From NCBI GenBank assembly GCA_017405065.1, contig JAFRBD010000003.1, positions 4,962 through 68,961 of the forward strand: a DNA stretch of 64,000 nucleotides. The letters are read 5' to 3'. Below the pieces are notes generated by a model. It did no database searches. It worked only from the letters and a program-made list of their open reading frames with translations, and was not told the DNA's origin. Below are positions 27,254-37,331 of the stretch, in pieces; the stretch's first letter is position 1; every line of letters starts with the position of its first letter. The DNA comes from Ruminococcus sp. GTDB taxonomy: Bacteria; Bacillota; Clostridia; Oscillospirales; Acutalibacteraceae. The position numbers and the translations under genes are program-made.

Positions 27254-29158
27254 TTAACCCGCGTTATGATGGAACGTGTCCACCATGCTCTCAAGCTTTT
27301 TGACGGTTTCGTCATTGTCGTTGGTCTCAACGATCTCATGCAGCTCGTCCAGCTCCCGGTTCAGCTCGTCGGCGTCGATGTCGATCTGGTTGCCGATAAA
27401 GATCTTCTTATTATCGGTTTTTTGCAGACCCTCTTCATCCATCAGCAGCTCCTCATAGAGCTTTTCGCTGGGTCTGAGTCCCGTAAACTTGATCTCCACA
27501 TCGCGGTAAGGGATCTTGCCGTACATGCGGATCAGGTTCTCGGCAAGGGTCGTGATCTTCACCGGATCACCCATGTCCAGAACAAATATCTCGCCGCCCT
27601 TGGCGATCGCGCATGCTTCCAGCACCAGCGATACCGCCTCGGGGATGGTCATGAAATAGCGGATGATATCGGGATGGGTAACGGTCACGGGTCTGCCCGC
27701 CTCGATCTGACGGCGGAACAGCGGGATCACGGAGCCGTTGGAGCCAAGCACGTTGCCGAATCGGGTGGTGACGTACTCCGTCTTGCCGCCCTGCTGACTT
27801 TTCAGCTGAACGATCATCTCACAGCAGCGCTTGGTGGCGCCCATGACGTTGGTGGGATTGACCGCCTTGTCGGTAGAGATCATGACGAACTTCTCCACCT
27901 CGTATTTGTCGGCAAGGTTGACCATATTGAGCGTACCGAAGATATTATTCTTCACCGCCTCGGTCGGAGAGACCTCCATCAGCGGAACGTGCTTATGCGC
28001 CGCCGCGTGAAAGACCACCTGCGGACGGTACTCGTCAAAGATCTTATCCATTTTGTCATAATCGCGCACAGAGGCGATCAGCGTAACGAGATTCAGCTCA
28101 TCGCCGTATTCGATATACAGCTCCTGCTGGATATCATAGGCGTTGTTCTCGTAGATATCCACGATGATGATCTGTTCGGGATGGTATTTGGCGATCTGGC
28201 GTACCAGCTCGGAGCCGATGGATCCGCCGCCGCCGGTGACCATACATACCTTGCCGTAGATAAAGTCGCGGATCTTCTTTTTGTTGAAGGTGATCGGAGG
28301 ACGTCCGAGCAGGTCTTCGATCTTGATATCCTTGACCTGCGTCAGGATCTGGTGCGAATCATCGTCCTCAAACAACTGGCTCAGATACGGTACCGTCTTG
28401 ATGCGGCAGCCCGATTCGGAGCAGCGGCTCATGATGCGCTTGCGTTCCTCCTCGGTGCAGGAGGGGATCGCGAAGATCACCAGCTCAATATTATATTGGC
28501 GGCAGATCAGCGGGATATCCTTGGTCTGTCCGACCACCTCGATACCCATGACCTTCGTATGATACTTTGACGGATCATCGTCGACAAGACACACGGGAAA
28601 AATCGTGTTGGCGGGATTGTTCGGATCGTTGCGGGCGTTGTTGATCTCCTGAATGATCATGCGCGCCGCCTGTCCCGCGCCGACGATCAGCGTACGGTCG
28701 AGTTCTTCGTTCCTCGACTCTTCACCGGCACGTATCAGCGTAATAACCGTATTTCTCAGGATCAGGCGAAACAGAGCGATGCCTCCTACGCCCAATACCG
28801 TGTTGAGCACCATAAACTCGACAGTCGGCGGCTTGCTCATAAAATAGGCGAAAACATACGCTGTTCCCAGTCCCAATAACACCGCCACAGAGCATAATCC
28901 GATATCCTTTCCCCTGATCTCACGCCACACCTTACCGTAAGCGCCGAACACATACAGGAAGAAAAAACAAAACAGCACGCTCATGGCGATCATGCCTACC
29001 AATCGGATCGGCTGCAAAGCGACGCCCATCGTGTTTTGTTTGGCGGAGATACCGTACCATGAGAGCAGCATATTGCTGACCAGCGCGGTCAGGGCAATAA
29101 TAAGCGCATCCGCTATCATCAGCCAGACTTTTCTGAAATTGAATTTACCGTTCTTCAT
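27254..29158 (-). CDS. CapD/PglF-like membrane-bound UDP-GlcNAc 4,6-dehydratase
   Basis: N-terminal TM segments, TGGGGSIGSE, HAAAHKHVP, STDKAVNP and RFGNVLGS; start could be 29203. Confidence 0.92.
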   Translation of the reverse strand: MKNGKFNFRKVWLMIADALIIALTALVSNMLLSWYGISAKQNTMGVALQPIRLVGMIAMSVLFCFFFLYVFGAYGKVWREIRGKDIGLCSVAVLLGLGTAYVFAYFMSKPPTVEFMVLNTVLGVGGIALFRLILRNTVITLIRAGEESRNEELDRTLIVGAGQAARMIIQEINNARNDPNNPANTIFPVCLVDDDPSKYHTKVMGIEVVGQTKDIPLICRQYNIELVIFAIPSCTEEERKRIMSRCSESGCRIKTVPYLSQLFEDDDSHQILTQVKDIKIEDLLGRPPITFNKKKIRDFIYGKVCMVTGGGGSIGSELVRQIAKYHPEQIIIVDIYENNAYDIQQELYIEYGDELNLVTLIASVRDYDKMDKIFDEYRPQVVFHAAAHKHVPLMEVSPTEAVKNNIFGTLNMVNLADKYEVEKFVMISTDKAVNPTNVMGATKRCCEMIVQLKSQQGGKTEYVTTRFGNVLGSNGSVIPLFRRQIEAGRPVTVTHPDIIRYFMTIPEAVSLVLEACAIAKGGEIFVLDMGDPVKITTLAENLIRMYGKIPYRDVEIKFTGLRPSEKLYEELLMDEEGLQKTDNKKIFIGNQIDIDADELNRELDELHEIVETNDNDETVKKLESMVDTFHHNAG

Positions 29159-29295
29159 AATCAAAACCCATTTCCACAGCAAATAGCCGTTACGGCGATA
29201 CATACTAAATCAAGATAATTATATAATGAAGCCGACACAAAGTCAATCCCCTTCCCCATTGCGGGTGAAATCCCTTTTCCTTTGCGGGTGCATGA

Positions 29296-29324
29296 GCATA
29301 ATCGGAAACATCCCGCCATATATA
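29296..29324 (+). promoter_or_regulatory. Putative sigma-E promoter of spoIIID
   Basis: GCATAA...CATATAT upstream of a known sigma-E regulon gene. Confidence 0.55.
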
Positions 29325-29357
29325 TGAAGCGGTAATATTTATCCAAGGAGGCATCCG

Positions 29358-29621
29358 ATGAAAGAAAAACCGGAAGAACGCGCCGTCAGGCTGGGTGAAT
29401 ATATGATAGAGCATCGCTCTACCGTACGCGATACAGCGGCGGTTTTCGGGATCAGCAAGTCCACCGTACATAAAGATGTGACCTCCGTTCTCCCAAAGCT
29501 GAACGCGGGATTGTACAAGGAAGTACGCGAGCTGCTGGACGTCAACAAAGAGGAACGTCATATGCGCGGGGGTGAAGCGACAAAGCAGAAGTATGAAAGA
29601 ATGAAACGAATGAGGAATTAG
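29358..29621 (+). CDS. spoIIID: Sporulation transcription regulator SpoIIID
   Basis: TVRDTAAVFGISKSTVHKD and NKEERHMRGGEATK. Confidence 0.96.
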   Translation: MKEKPEERAVRLGEYMIEHRSTVRDTAAVFGISKSTVHKDVTSVLPKLNAGLYKEVRELLDVNKEERHMRGGEATKQKYERMKRMRN

Positions 29622-29806
29622 GAAATAGGAATGAGGAATTGCGGGAAACACTTCGTGTTTTGGATTAGAATAACGAAAAATGAAACGCTCATTTTTTAGA
29701 AGTGGAGCGTAATTTCTGTATTGGACTGTTATGCTATCGTTTATATCGATCAGGTGCGGACAGAGTCCGCCATCAATTCCTAATTCCTCATTCCTAATTC
29801 CGAATT
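29609..29806 (-). repeat. Family A element, copy 9 (after spoIIID)
   Basis: GGGAAA-CACTTCGTG-TTTTGGAT...ATCAGGT-GCGGACAGAGTCCGC. Confidence 0.88.
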
Positions 29807-29894
29807 ACTCTTTACAACTGTCGAATCAAGGTGTATAATGTAATCTGTATAAATAGGGCAAATATATGATTGCCGTATACAGGAGAAATGACTT

Positions 29895-31106
29895 ATGATG
29901 AATATACCCTTTTCCCCTCCCGACATCTCTGAGGAAGAGATCGCGGAGGTCGTAGACACCCTGCGCTCCGGCTGGATCACCACCGGACCCAAGACCAAGC
30001 TCTTTGAGCAGGAGATCGCCAAGATGTGCAACACCAAAAAGGCGGTGTGCCTGTCCAGCCAGACGGCATGCGCGGAGATGACCCTGCGCATCCTCGGCGT
30101 AGGCCCCGGCGACGAGGTCATCGTCCCCGCCTACACCTACACCGCATCCGCGTCCATCATCTATCACGTCGGCGCGACGCCCGTGATGATCGACTGCAAG
30201 CAGGGCTCCTACGAGATGGATTACGACAAAGTCGAAGAAGCCATCACCCCCAAGACCAAGGTCATCATCCCCGTCGACCTCGCCGGCATCGTATGCGATT
30301 ACGACCGCATCTTTGAGATCGTGGAGAAAAAGCGCCCGATCTTCAAGGCGTCGGAGAATCCGGTACAGCTCGCGCTGGGACGCATCATCGTCATGGCTGA
30401 CGCCGCTCACGCCTTCGGCGCCCAGTGGCACGGCAAAATGTGCGGCTCCATCGCCGATTTCACCAACTTCAGCTTCCACGCCGTCAAGAACATGACCACC
30501 GCCGAGGGCGGCGCCGCCACATGGCGCGAGATCCCCGGCGTCGACAGCAATCTTCTTTATAAGAATTATATGCTGATGACCCTGCACGGTCAGACCAAGG
30601 ACGCCTTTACCAAGGACAAGGGCACCTCGTGGGAGTACGACGTGGTGAACACCCAGTATAAGTGTAACATGCCCGACGTGCTTGCGGCGATCGGTCTCGC
30701 GCAGCTGAGAAGGTACGAAACCATCCTCAGCCGCCGCCATCAGCTGATCCACCGCTACAACGAGGCGTTCAAGGAGCTGGATATCCAGGTTCTCGACCAT
30801 CGCTCCTCCGATCACCGCTCCAGCGGTCACCTGTACTTCGTCCGCTTTTTGGGCAAGGACGCCAAGTTCCGCAATCAGTTCTATGACGAGATGAAACAGC
30901 GCGGCGTCAACTGCAACGTCCACTTCAAGCCGCTGCCGATGATGACGGCGTACAAGCAGAAGGGCTTCGATATCATCGACTATCCCTACGCCTATAATAT
31001 GCACAAGAATCAGCTGACCCTGCCGATGAACTCCGTCCTGACGGATGAAGAAGCGCAATACGTCATCGACACCTTCCTTGAAGTATACAAGCTGATGACG
31101 AAATAG
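29895..31106 (+). CDS. DegT/DnrJ/EryC1/StrS sugar aminotransferase
   Basis: Motifs SGWITTGP, DAAHAFGA and SFHAVKNMTTAEGG. Confidence 0.93.
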   Translation: MMNIPFSPPDISEEEIAEVVDTLRSGWITTGPKTKLFEQEIAKMCNTKKAVCLSSQTACAEMTLRILGVGPGDEVIVPAYTYTASASIIYHVGATPVMIDCKQGSYEMDYDKVEEAITPKTKVIIPVDLAGIVCDYDRIFEIVEKKRPIFKASENPVQLALGRIIVMADAAHAFGAQWHGKMCGSIADFTNFSFHAVKNMTTAEGGAATWREIPGVDSNLLYKNYMLMTLHGQTKDAFTKDKGTSWEYDVVNTQYKCNMPDVLAAIGLAQLRRYETILSRRHQLIHRYNEAFKELDIQVLDHRSSDHRSSGHLYFVRFLGKDAKFRNQFYDEMKQRGVNCNVHFKPLPMMTAYKQKGFDIIDYPYAYNMHKNQLTLPMNSVLTDEEAQYVIDTFLEVYKLMTK

Positions 31107-31187
31107 CAACATAAACCGGAGGCTGCGCGAGCAGCCTCTTGTTCGATAATAAAGCGGTCAATCACATTCGAAACTCCGGAGGGAAAG

Positions 31188-31643
31188 ATGTCGATACATT
31201 TTGAAATCAGAAACGGCGTATTGGTTAAGTATCACGGCAGAGGTACTCATGTCCTCATACCGAACAGCGTAACAAAAATCGGAGATATGGCATTCCTTAG
31301 CTGTACAAGCCTGACGTCGGTCGTCATCCCGGACAGTGTAACGGAAATCGGAAGCGAGGCATTCTTAGGCTGTACAAGCCTGACTTCGGTCATCATCCCG
31401 AACAGCGTAACTGAAATCGGAGGGGGCGTATTCTGGAGGTGTACAAGCCTGACTTCGGTCGTTATCCCAAACCGTGTAACGCTAATCTCAGACAATGTAT
31501 TCAAGTACTGCAAAAGACTCACCGTTTTTTGTCCACGCTTTTCCAATGCTTGGTTTTATTGCAAAAAAAATAGAATTCCGGTCAAATCCATCAAGCATGC
31601 CAAAATACAGCAGCACGCAAGCGGTTCCGCTCAAAAGCCGTGA
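31188..31643 (+). CDS. Small BspA-type leucine-rich repeat protein
   Basis: 3-4 copies of the 23-aa repeat CTSLTSVVIPDSVTEIGxxAF. Confidence 0.85.
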   Translation: MSIHFEIRNGVLVKYHGRGTHVLIPNSVTKIGDMAFLSCTSLTSVVIPDSVTEIGSEAFLGCTSLTSVIIPNSVTEIGGGVFWRCTSLTSVVIPNRVTLISDNVFKYCKRLTVFCPRFSNAWFYCKKNRIPVKSIKHAKIQQHASGSAQKP

Positions 31644-31865
31644 AGCCGCGCAGCAGAATCGGGTTCTTTCACCCGCTTTCCTCAATAAGTTTATAAAATG
31701 TTCACTTTTTCGCAAAGAAATGTACTATAATGTAAAAGAAAAAGGTTACTCGCGTGAATCATCACGTGCAAACAACGATACAATTCCTCAGTCGCCAAAG
31801 GGCGACAGCTCCCTTCCCCAAAGGGAGGCTGAAAATCTATCATACAGAAACCACGAGGTGATCTT

Positions 31866-32555
31866 ATGAACAACCGTAAAATCATGATCGTCGACGACGA
31901 TACCAACATCTGCGAGCTTTTACGCCTGTACATCGAAAAGGAAGGCTACTCCACCGTCATCGCCAACGACGGCGAACAGGCGGTCGAACTCTTCAACCGC
32001 GAACAGCCCAACCTGATCCTGCTGGACATCATGCTGCCCAAGATGGACGGCTGGCAGGTGTGCCGCGAGATCCGTAAGACAAGCGACGTGCCCATCATCA
32101 TGCTCACCGCCAAGGGCGAGGTATTCGACAAGATCCTCGGCTTGGAGCTGGGCGCTGACGATTATGTGGTCAAGCCCTTTGAGGCAAAAGAGGTCGTCGC
32201 GCGCATCCGCGCCGTCCTGCGCCGCACGGGCAGCTCCGACGAGGACGCCGTCAAGGAAGTCCGCTGGGACAAGCTCGTCATCAACCTGACCAACTACGAG
32301 CTGATCGTCGACGGCAAGCAGATCGACACGCCCCCCAAGGAGCTTGAGCTGCTGTACCACCTCGCCTCCAACCCCAACAAGGTCTTTACCCGCGACCAGC
32401 TGCTCGATCAGGTCTGGGGCTTTGAATACTACGGCGACAGCCGTACCGTAGACGTACACGTCAAGCGTATCAGAGAGAAAATCGACGGCGTTTCCGACAA
32501 GTGGGAACTGCGCACCGTCTGGGGAGTTGGCTACAAGTTTGAAACCAAGGGCTGA
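31866..32555 (+). CDS. OmpR-family response regulator
   Basis: Motifs VDDD, LDIMLP, GADDYVVKPF and RTVDVHVKRIREK. Confidence 0.96.
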   Translation: MNNRKIMIVDDDTNICELLRLYIEKEGYSTVIANDGEQAVELFNREQPNLILLDIMLPKMDGWQVCREIRKTSDVPIIMLTAKGEVFDKILGLELGADDYVVKPFEAKEVVARIRAVLRRTGSSDEDAVKEVRWDKLVINLTNYELIVDGKQIDTPPKELELLYHLASNPNKVFTRDQLLDQVWGFEYYGDSRTVDVHVKRIREKIDGVSDKWELRTVWGVGYKFETKG

Positions 32556-34131
32556 TCAGACTCAAAAAACAACAAAACCGAATAACAAGGGCAAAGCGCC
32601 GTATTTTCACGTGCGGCGCTCCCTGTTCAAAAAGTATCTCATCTTCGGCATCGTCATCCTGCTGACGAGCTTTATCGCGCTGAGCATCACGATGTACATC
32701 TTCGTCAACCGCTACTGGGAGGCGGAGAAAAAAGCGTCGCTCATCGACAACGCCAAGCGTGTGGCGGACGTCATCGAGTCGTCGTCTACCTATCTGCCCG
32801 CCGCTCACATGCTGATCATCGACAAGGACTCCCCCGTCGGTCTGACGGTCGTCAATATGTCGGAGATCATCGACGCCGATATCATGGTCGTCGACAACAC
32901 CGGCAAATGCGCCTACTGCTCCTCAGAGGATTATGACACCTTCGCGTCCGATCAGCTGCCGTCTTATGTGCTTGCCGCTACGGCGACGGGTGAATTCTTT
33001 GAATCCGGCACGCTGGACGGCTATTTCCCGAAAGCCCGATACACGGCGGGCGTCCCGATCACGACACAGACCGACGACGGCGATGTGATCGTCGCGTTCT
33101 GCTACGCCTCCACCCCCGCGACCTTTGTCTCCGGTCTGCCGGTCACGTTCTTGCAGATCTTCCTGACGGCGGCGGTGATCATGCTGATCATCATTATCAT
33201 CTTTGTCGCCTCGATGTCGTACAGCATGTCGAAGCCGCTCAAGCAGATGTCCAACGCGGCAAAAAAATTCGCCGTCGGCGACTTTTCCGTACGCGTCAAG
33301 GTCACCTCCGACGATGAGATCGGCGAATTGGCGACCGCGTTCAACTATATGGCGGACAACCTCGCCGCCAGTGAAAACATGCGCCGCTCGTTTATCTCCA
33401 ACGTGTCGCACGAGCTGAAAACGCCGATGACCACGATCGCGGGCTTCATCGACGGCATGCTGGACGGCACCATCCCGCCCGAACGGCACGATCACTATAT
33501 GAAGATCGTCTCCACCGAGGTCAAGCGCCTGTCACGACTGGTCACCTCGATGCTGAGCCTGTCGCGCATCGACCGCGGCGAGCTGAAGGTCAATCGGCAG
33601 AAGTTCGATCTGTTCTCGCTGATCATCACCATCCTCGCGAGCTACGAGCAGAAGATCGTCGAGCGAAAGCTCCACATCACCGGTCTCGAGGATTTTCGCA
33701 GCATCACGGTCAACGCCGACCCCGATCTGATGTATCAGGTCATCTATAATCTTGTCGAAAACGCGGTCAAGTTCACCGACGAAGGCGGCACCATCCACTT
33801 CGGCGTGGAAGAGACCCGCTACGATATCTCCGTCAGCATCACCAACACCGGTCCCGGTATCCCGCCCGAGGATATCCGCTATATCTTCGACCGATTCTAT
33901 AAAACGGACAAAAGCCGCAGCATCGACAAAAAAGGCATGGGGCTGGGGCTGTTCATCGCCAAGACGATCATGCGCCTGCACGGCGGCGATATATACGTCG
34001 AATCCCGTGTGAACGAGTTCACCACCTTTACGATCCGTCTGCCGCGCACCGTTACTTACGCCTCTCCGTCAAACGACGAGAGCAAGAATAAATATGTTGA
34101 AACTACAGCAAGCAATGAAACGGAAGAGTGA
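32527..34131 (+). CDS. Sensor histidine kinase (2 TM, HAMP, HisKA, HATPase); start uncertain
   Basis: Motifs DEIGELA, SHELKTP, NLVENAVKF and GMGLGL. Confidence 0.93.
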   Translation: MATSLKPRADQTQKTTKPNNKGKAPYFHVRRSLFKKYLIFGIVILLTSFIALSITMYIFVNRYWEAEKKASLIDNAKRVADVIESSSTYLPAAHMLIIDKDSPVGLTVVNMSEIIDADIMVVDNTGKCAYCSSEDYDTFASDQLPSYVLAATATGEFFESGTLDGYFPKARYTAGVPITTQTDDGDVIVAFCYASTPATFVSGLPVTFLQIFLTAAVIMLIIIIIFVASMSYSMSKPLKQMSNAAKKFAVGDFSVRVKVTSDDEIGELATAFNYMADNLAASENMRRSFISNVSHELKTPMTTIAGFIDGMLDGTIPPERHDHYMKIVSTEVKRLSRLVTSMLSLSRIDRGELKVNRQKFDLFSLIITILASYEQKIVERKLHITGLEDFRSITVNADPDLMYQVIYNLVENAVKFTDEGGTIHFGVEETRYDISVSITNTGPGIPPEDIRYIFDRFYKTDKSRSIDKKGMGLGLFIAKTIMRLHGGDIYVESRVNEFTTFTIRLPRTVTYASPSNDESKNKYVETTASNETEE

Positions 34132-34178
34132 TCTGCACCAACCGGTCATCGATTTGCAGAAAGGAAAGGTATTTGAAA

Positions 34179-36077
34179 ATGGAAAACAAGCATCCTGATA
34201 ACATGCATCATCCCGAGGACGAGTACGAATCGCTGGAATCTCCGAAGCCCGAAACCGAAAAACCTCAGCAGAGCGCAGCCTCCCCTGCTCCCGCGCAAAG
34301 CCCGCAGACTGCGCCCTCTCAGCCGCTTCGCGCAGCCCAAGCGATTCCCGTACAGCAGCCGGTTCAGCAGCCTGCTCAGCCGATACAGCCTATGGGTCAA
34401 CCGGTACAATATACCGCTCCGGTCTATCCGCAGCCTGCCGCTTACACTCAGCCGATGCAGCGTCCCGCTGCTTACGCTCAGCAGCCGGTTCAGCGTCCTG
34501 TCGCCTATGCTCAGCAGCCGATGCAGCAGCCTGTACCGTATTCCGCACCCGTTTATCCGCAGCGTCAATACGCTCAGCCGATCGGGCAGCCTGTTCAGCA
34601 ACCTGTTCAGCAGCCGATTCAGCAACCGATTCAGCAGCCGGTTCAGCAGCCGGTTCAGCAGCCGGTTCAGCAGCCGGTTCAGCAGCCGGTCTATCCGCAG
34701 TCTTCCGCTCAGCAGCCGGTCCCTGTACAACAGGCGGCACAAAATACCCCTCCTCTCTCTCCCAACCCCTACGCGCAGGAATACAGCCGTCGTCCTCAGC
34801 CCGCTCCGGCAGAGCCGAAGCCCGCGACACCGACGGGAACCAAGGTATTCATCATCATTCTTTGCGCGCTGCTCGCGGCAATGGTCATCGGCTTTGTCGT
34901 CTACATCGCGGGAACCGCAAAAGGCAAAGAACCGCCTAAACCCGATAATTCCGGTGACAGCAACTATTCCATCGACGGCGGCAAAAGATCTGATTCCGAC
35001 TTCGATAACAGCAATCCGTTCTTCGGCGGCAACAGTACCGGAGAATATAACGAGGTCGAGGACGAGATCACGCTGAAAGCAGATAACGGCGATACCCAGA
35101 AGCGTACCGACGATAACGAAAATTCCGTCGGCACCCCGGATGAGAGCGCAAAAAACATCACCCTCGAGCCGCTCCCCAAGGACAAGGACGATGAAAAATA
35201 CACCACGCAGTACGCCTATGAGACCGTCAGCGACAGCGTCGTGACCGTCGTATGCTATCAGGATGAGATCACCGATAGCGAGAGGGATATCGTCTCGCAG
35301 GGCACCGGTACCATCATTTCCGCGGACGGCTATCTGATCACCAACGCGCATGTCATCGGCAACAGCCGCGCCTACGCTATCAATATCGTGCTAAACAGCG
35401 GCGACAAATATCCCGCTAAAGTCGTCGGTTATGATACATGGACGGATCTTGCGGTGCTGAAGATCGACGCCAAGGATCTCAAGGCTGTCACCTTCGGCGA
35501 CTCCGAGCTGATCGAGATCGGTCAGGACGTTATCGCGGTCGGCTCCCCCGGCGGTGAGAAGTTCCAGAACTCCCTGACCAAGGGCATCGTTTCTGCGGTC
35601 GACAGAGAGCTTTCCATCAACAAATACGTTCATTATATCCAGAGCGACGCTGCCATCAGCCCCGGCAATTCCGGCGGCCCTCTGTGCAATATCTACGGTC
35701 AGGTCATCGGCATCACCACCGCCAAGACCATTGCAGATTATTATGAGAACATGACCTTCTCCATCCCCTCCGCCACCGTAGAAGAGATCGTCGGCGACCT
35801 GATGCACTACGGCTATGTCAAGGGACGCGTCCGCATCGGCATCACCGGTACCGAGGTCAGCGCCGAGGAGATCTACTACTACAGCACTCCTGCGGGCGTT
35901 CTCATCAGCGAGATCGATGAGAGCGGCTCCGTCGCCGGCTCCAAAATCAAAAGCGGCGATATCATCACTGAGCTGGACGGTCAGGAGATCACCTCATTCC
36001 AGGACATTTACGACGTCCTCGCCGACCACAAAGAGGGCGACAAAATCACCATCAAGGTACAAAGACCGGAATCATAA
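34179..36077 (+). CDS. htrA: HtrA-family serine protease with PDZ domain and a Pro/Gln-rich N-terminus
   Basis: Motifs TNAHV, DLAVLK and GNSGGPL; TM near the middle; RBS GAAAGG before ATG 34179. Confidence 0.92.
   Translation: MENKHPDNMHHPEDEYESLESPKPETEKPQQSAASPAPAQSPQTAPSQPLRAAQAIPVQQPVQQPAQPIQPMGQPVQYTAPVYPQPAAYTQPMQRPAAYAQQPVQRPVAYAQQPMQQPVPYSAPVYPQRQYAQPIGQPVQQPVQQPIQQPIQQPVQQPVQQPVQQPVQQPVYPQSSAQQPVPVQQAAQNTPPLSPNPYAQEYSRRPQPAPAEPKPATPTGTKVFIIILCALLAAMVIGFVVYIAGTAKGKEPPKPDNSGDSNYSIDGGKRSDSDFDNSNPFFGGNSTGEYNEVEDEITLKADNGDTQKRTDDNENSVGTPDESAKNITLEPLPKDKDDEKYTTQYAYETVSDSVVTVVCYQDEITDSERDIVSQGTGTIISADGYLITNAHVIGNSRAYAINIVLNSGDKYPAKVVGYDTWTDLAVLKIDAKDLKAVTFGDSELIEIGQDVIAVGSPGGEKFQNSLTKGIVSAVDRELSINKYVHYIQSDAAISPGNSGGPLCNIYGQVIGITTAKTIADYYENMTFSIPSATVEEIVGDLMHYGYVKGRVRIGITGTEVSAEEIYYYSTPAGVLISEIDESGSVAGSKIKSGDIITELDGQEITSFQDIYDVLADHKEGDKITIKVQRPES
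34587..34690 (+). repeat. 12-nt coding tandem repeat (CAGCAGCCGGTT, encoding QQPV)
   Basis: About 8 tandem QQPV/QQPI units in htrA. Confidence 0.9.
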
Positions 36078-36096
36078 TCAATTTGATATACACAGA

Positions 36097-36130
36097 AAAA
36101 CAGCGCTTCCGAATACGGAGGCGCTGTTTT
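36097..36130. terminator. Bidirectional intrinsic terminator between htrA and cobB
   Basis: AAAACAGCGCTTCCG-aata-CGGAGGCGCTGTTTT. Confidence 0.8.
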
Positions 36131-36240
36131 CGCGTTAACATTCATAATGCTGTATTGAATAAGCCGACATAGCAAAAGCATATTGATACATCCCTTTTGT
36201 GGGATTGCCACGCCCTAAAGGGCTCGCAATAACATCTTAA

Positions 36241-36954
36241 CTATGTTTGCGACAAGACCTCGCCTACCTTGTCGTGGATCACAAGGTCAGCCATATGGTC
36301 ATAGGGCGTCGCGTCGCGGTTGATCAGGATCATGTGATCGCCGCCGAAATAACGAACATAGGACGCGGCGGGATAGACTGTCAGCGAGGTACCCGCCACG
36401 ATCAGAACGTCAGCCCTGCGGATATCGTCGAGCGCCTGCATGACCGTATCCTCGGGCAGCGGTTCTTCGTATAATACGACGTCGGGCTTGATGATACCGC
36501 CGCAGTCGCAGGTCGGCACGCCGTCGCTCCCGGCGATCTTTTCCACGCCGTAGAACTTGCCGCACTTCATGCAGTGGTTGCGCAGGACGGAGCCGTGCAG
36601 CTCATGCACCCGCTTACTGCCCGCCGCCTGATGCAGACCGTCGATATTCTGGGTCACGACGGAGCGCAGCCTGCCCTCCTGTTCCCACTGTGCGAGCTTG
36701 AGATGCGCCTTGTTGGGCTTTGCGGTCAGGCACAGCATCTTGTCGCGGTAGAAGCGGTAAAACTCCTCGGGCTTGCGCATAAAGAACGTGTGGCTGAGGA
36801 TCTCCTCGGGCGGGTAATCGTACTTTTGGTGATAAAGACCGTCAGCCGAACGGAAATCGGGGATGCCGCTTTCGGTCGATACTCCCGCGCCGCCGAAAAA
36901 GACGATGCGTTTTGCGCCGTCGATGATCTCTTTGAGCTTTTCGATATTGGTCAT
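36241..36954 (-). CDS. cobB: NAD-dependent protein deacylase (Sir2 family)
   Basis: Motifs GAGVSTESGIPDFR, TQNIDGLH, ELHGS, Zn-binding cysteines and GTSL. Confidence 0.95.
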   Translation of the reverse strand: MTNIEKLKEIIDGAKRIVFFGGAGVSTESGIPDFRSADGLYHQKYDYPPEEILSHTFFMRKPEEFYRFYRDKMLCLTAKPNKAHLKLAQWEQEGRLRSVVTQNIDGLHQAAGSKRVHELHGSVLRNHCMKCGKFYGVEKIAGSDGVPTCDCGGIIKPDVVLYEEPLPEDTVMQALDDIRRADVLIVAGTSLTVYPAASYVRYFGGDHMILINRDATPYDHMADLVIHDKVGEVLSQT

Positions 36955-37049
36955 AACCGTACCTCCTGTTATATTCAAATCACAAATATAGTATAACGCA
37001 TAGCAACATTCTGAGCAAGACTTTTTCCTCACCTCAATTATAGAACAAA

Positions 37050-37065
37050 TGTTTTACGTGAAACA
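37050..37065. promoter_or_regulatory. parS centromere-like site (ParB/Spo0J binding)
   Basis: TGTTTTACGTGAAACA, 15/16 match to TGTTTCACGTGAAACA, intergenic. Confidence 0.75.
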
Positions 37066-37331
37066 TTTGTTGCCGAACTTGTCCCCCGCAGGGCAGTGTC
37101 GTCAATTGAAGCGAATAAACGGTTCAGTGTCATCACGAGGGATTTATCCCGCGGCAATCCCCCTGTCGTTAATATCGTTCAATACGAGAGAAACGTACAG
37201 TCCCTGTTTGTGGGATTGCCGCGCCCATGAGGGCTCGCAATGACAGTTTTCTCTTAAGTCGACTGATCACTGATCGCTGACCACTAACCGCTAAAACAGC
37301 CTCCCCGACAACGATCGGAGAGGCTGAAAAA

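Noticed and set aside
31188-31643. LRR gene as a diversity-generating or mobile cassette
   Set aside because: It shows ordinary 69-nt BspA coding repeats with no reverse transcriptase, recombinase or template repeat nearby.
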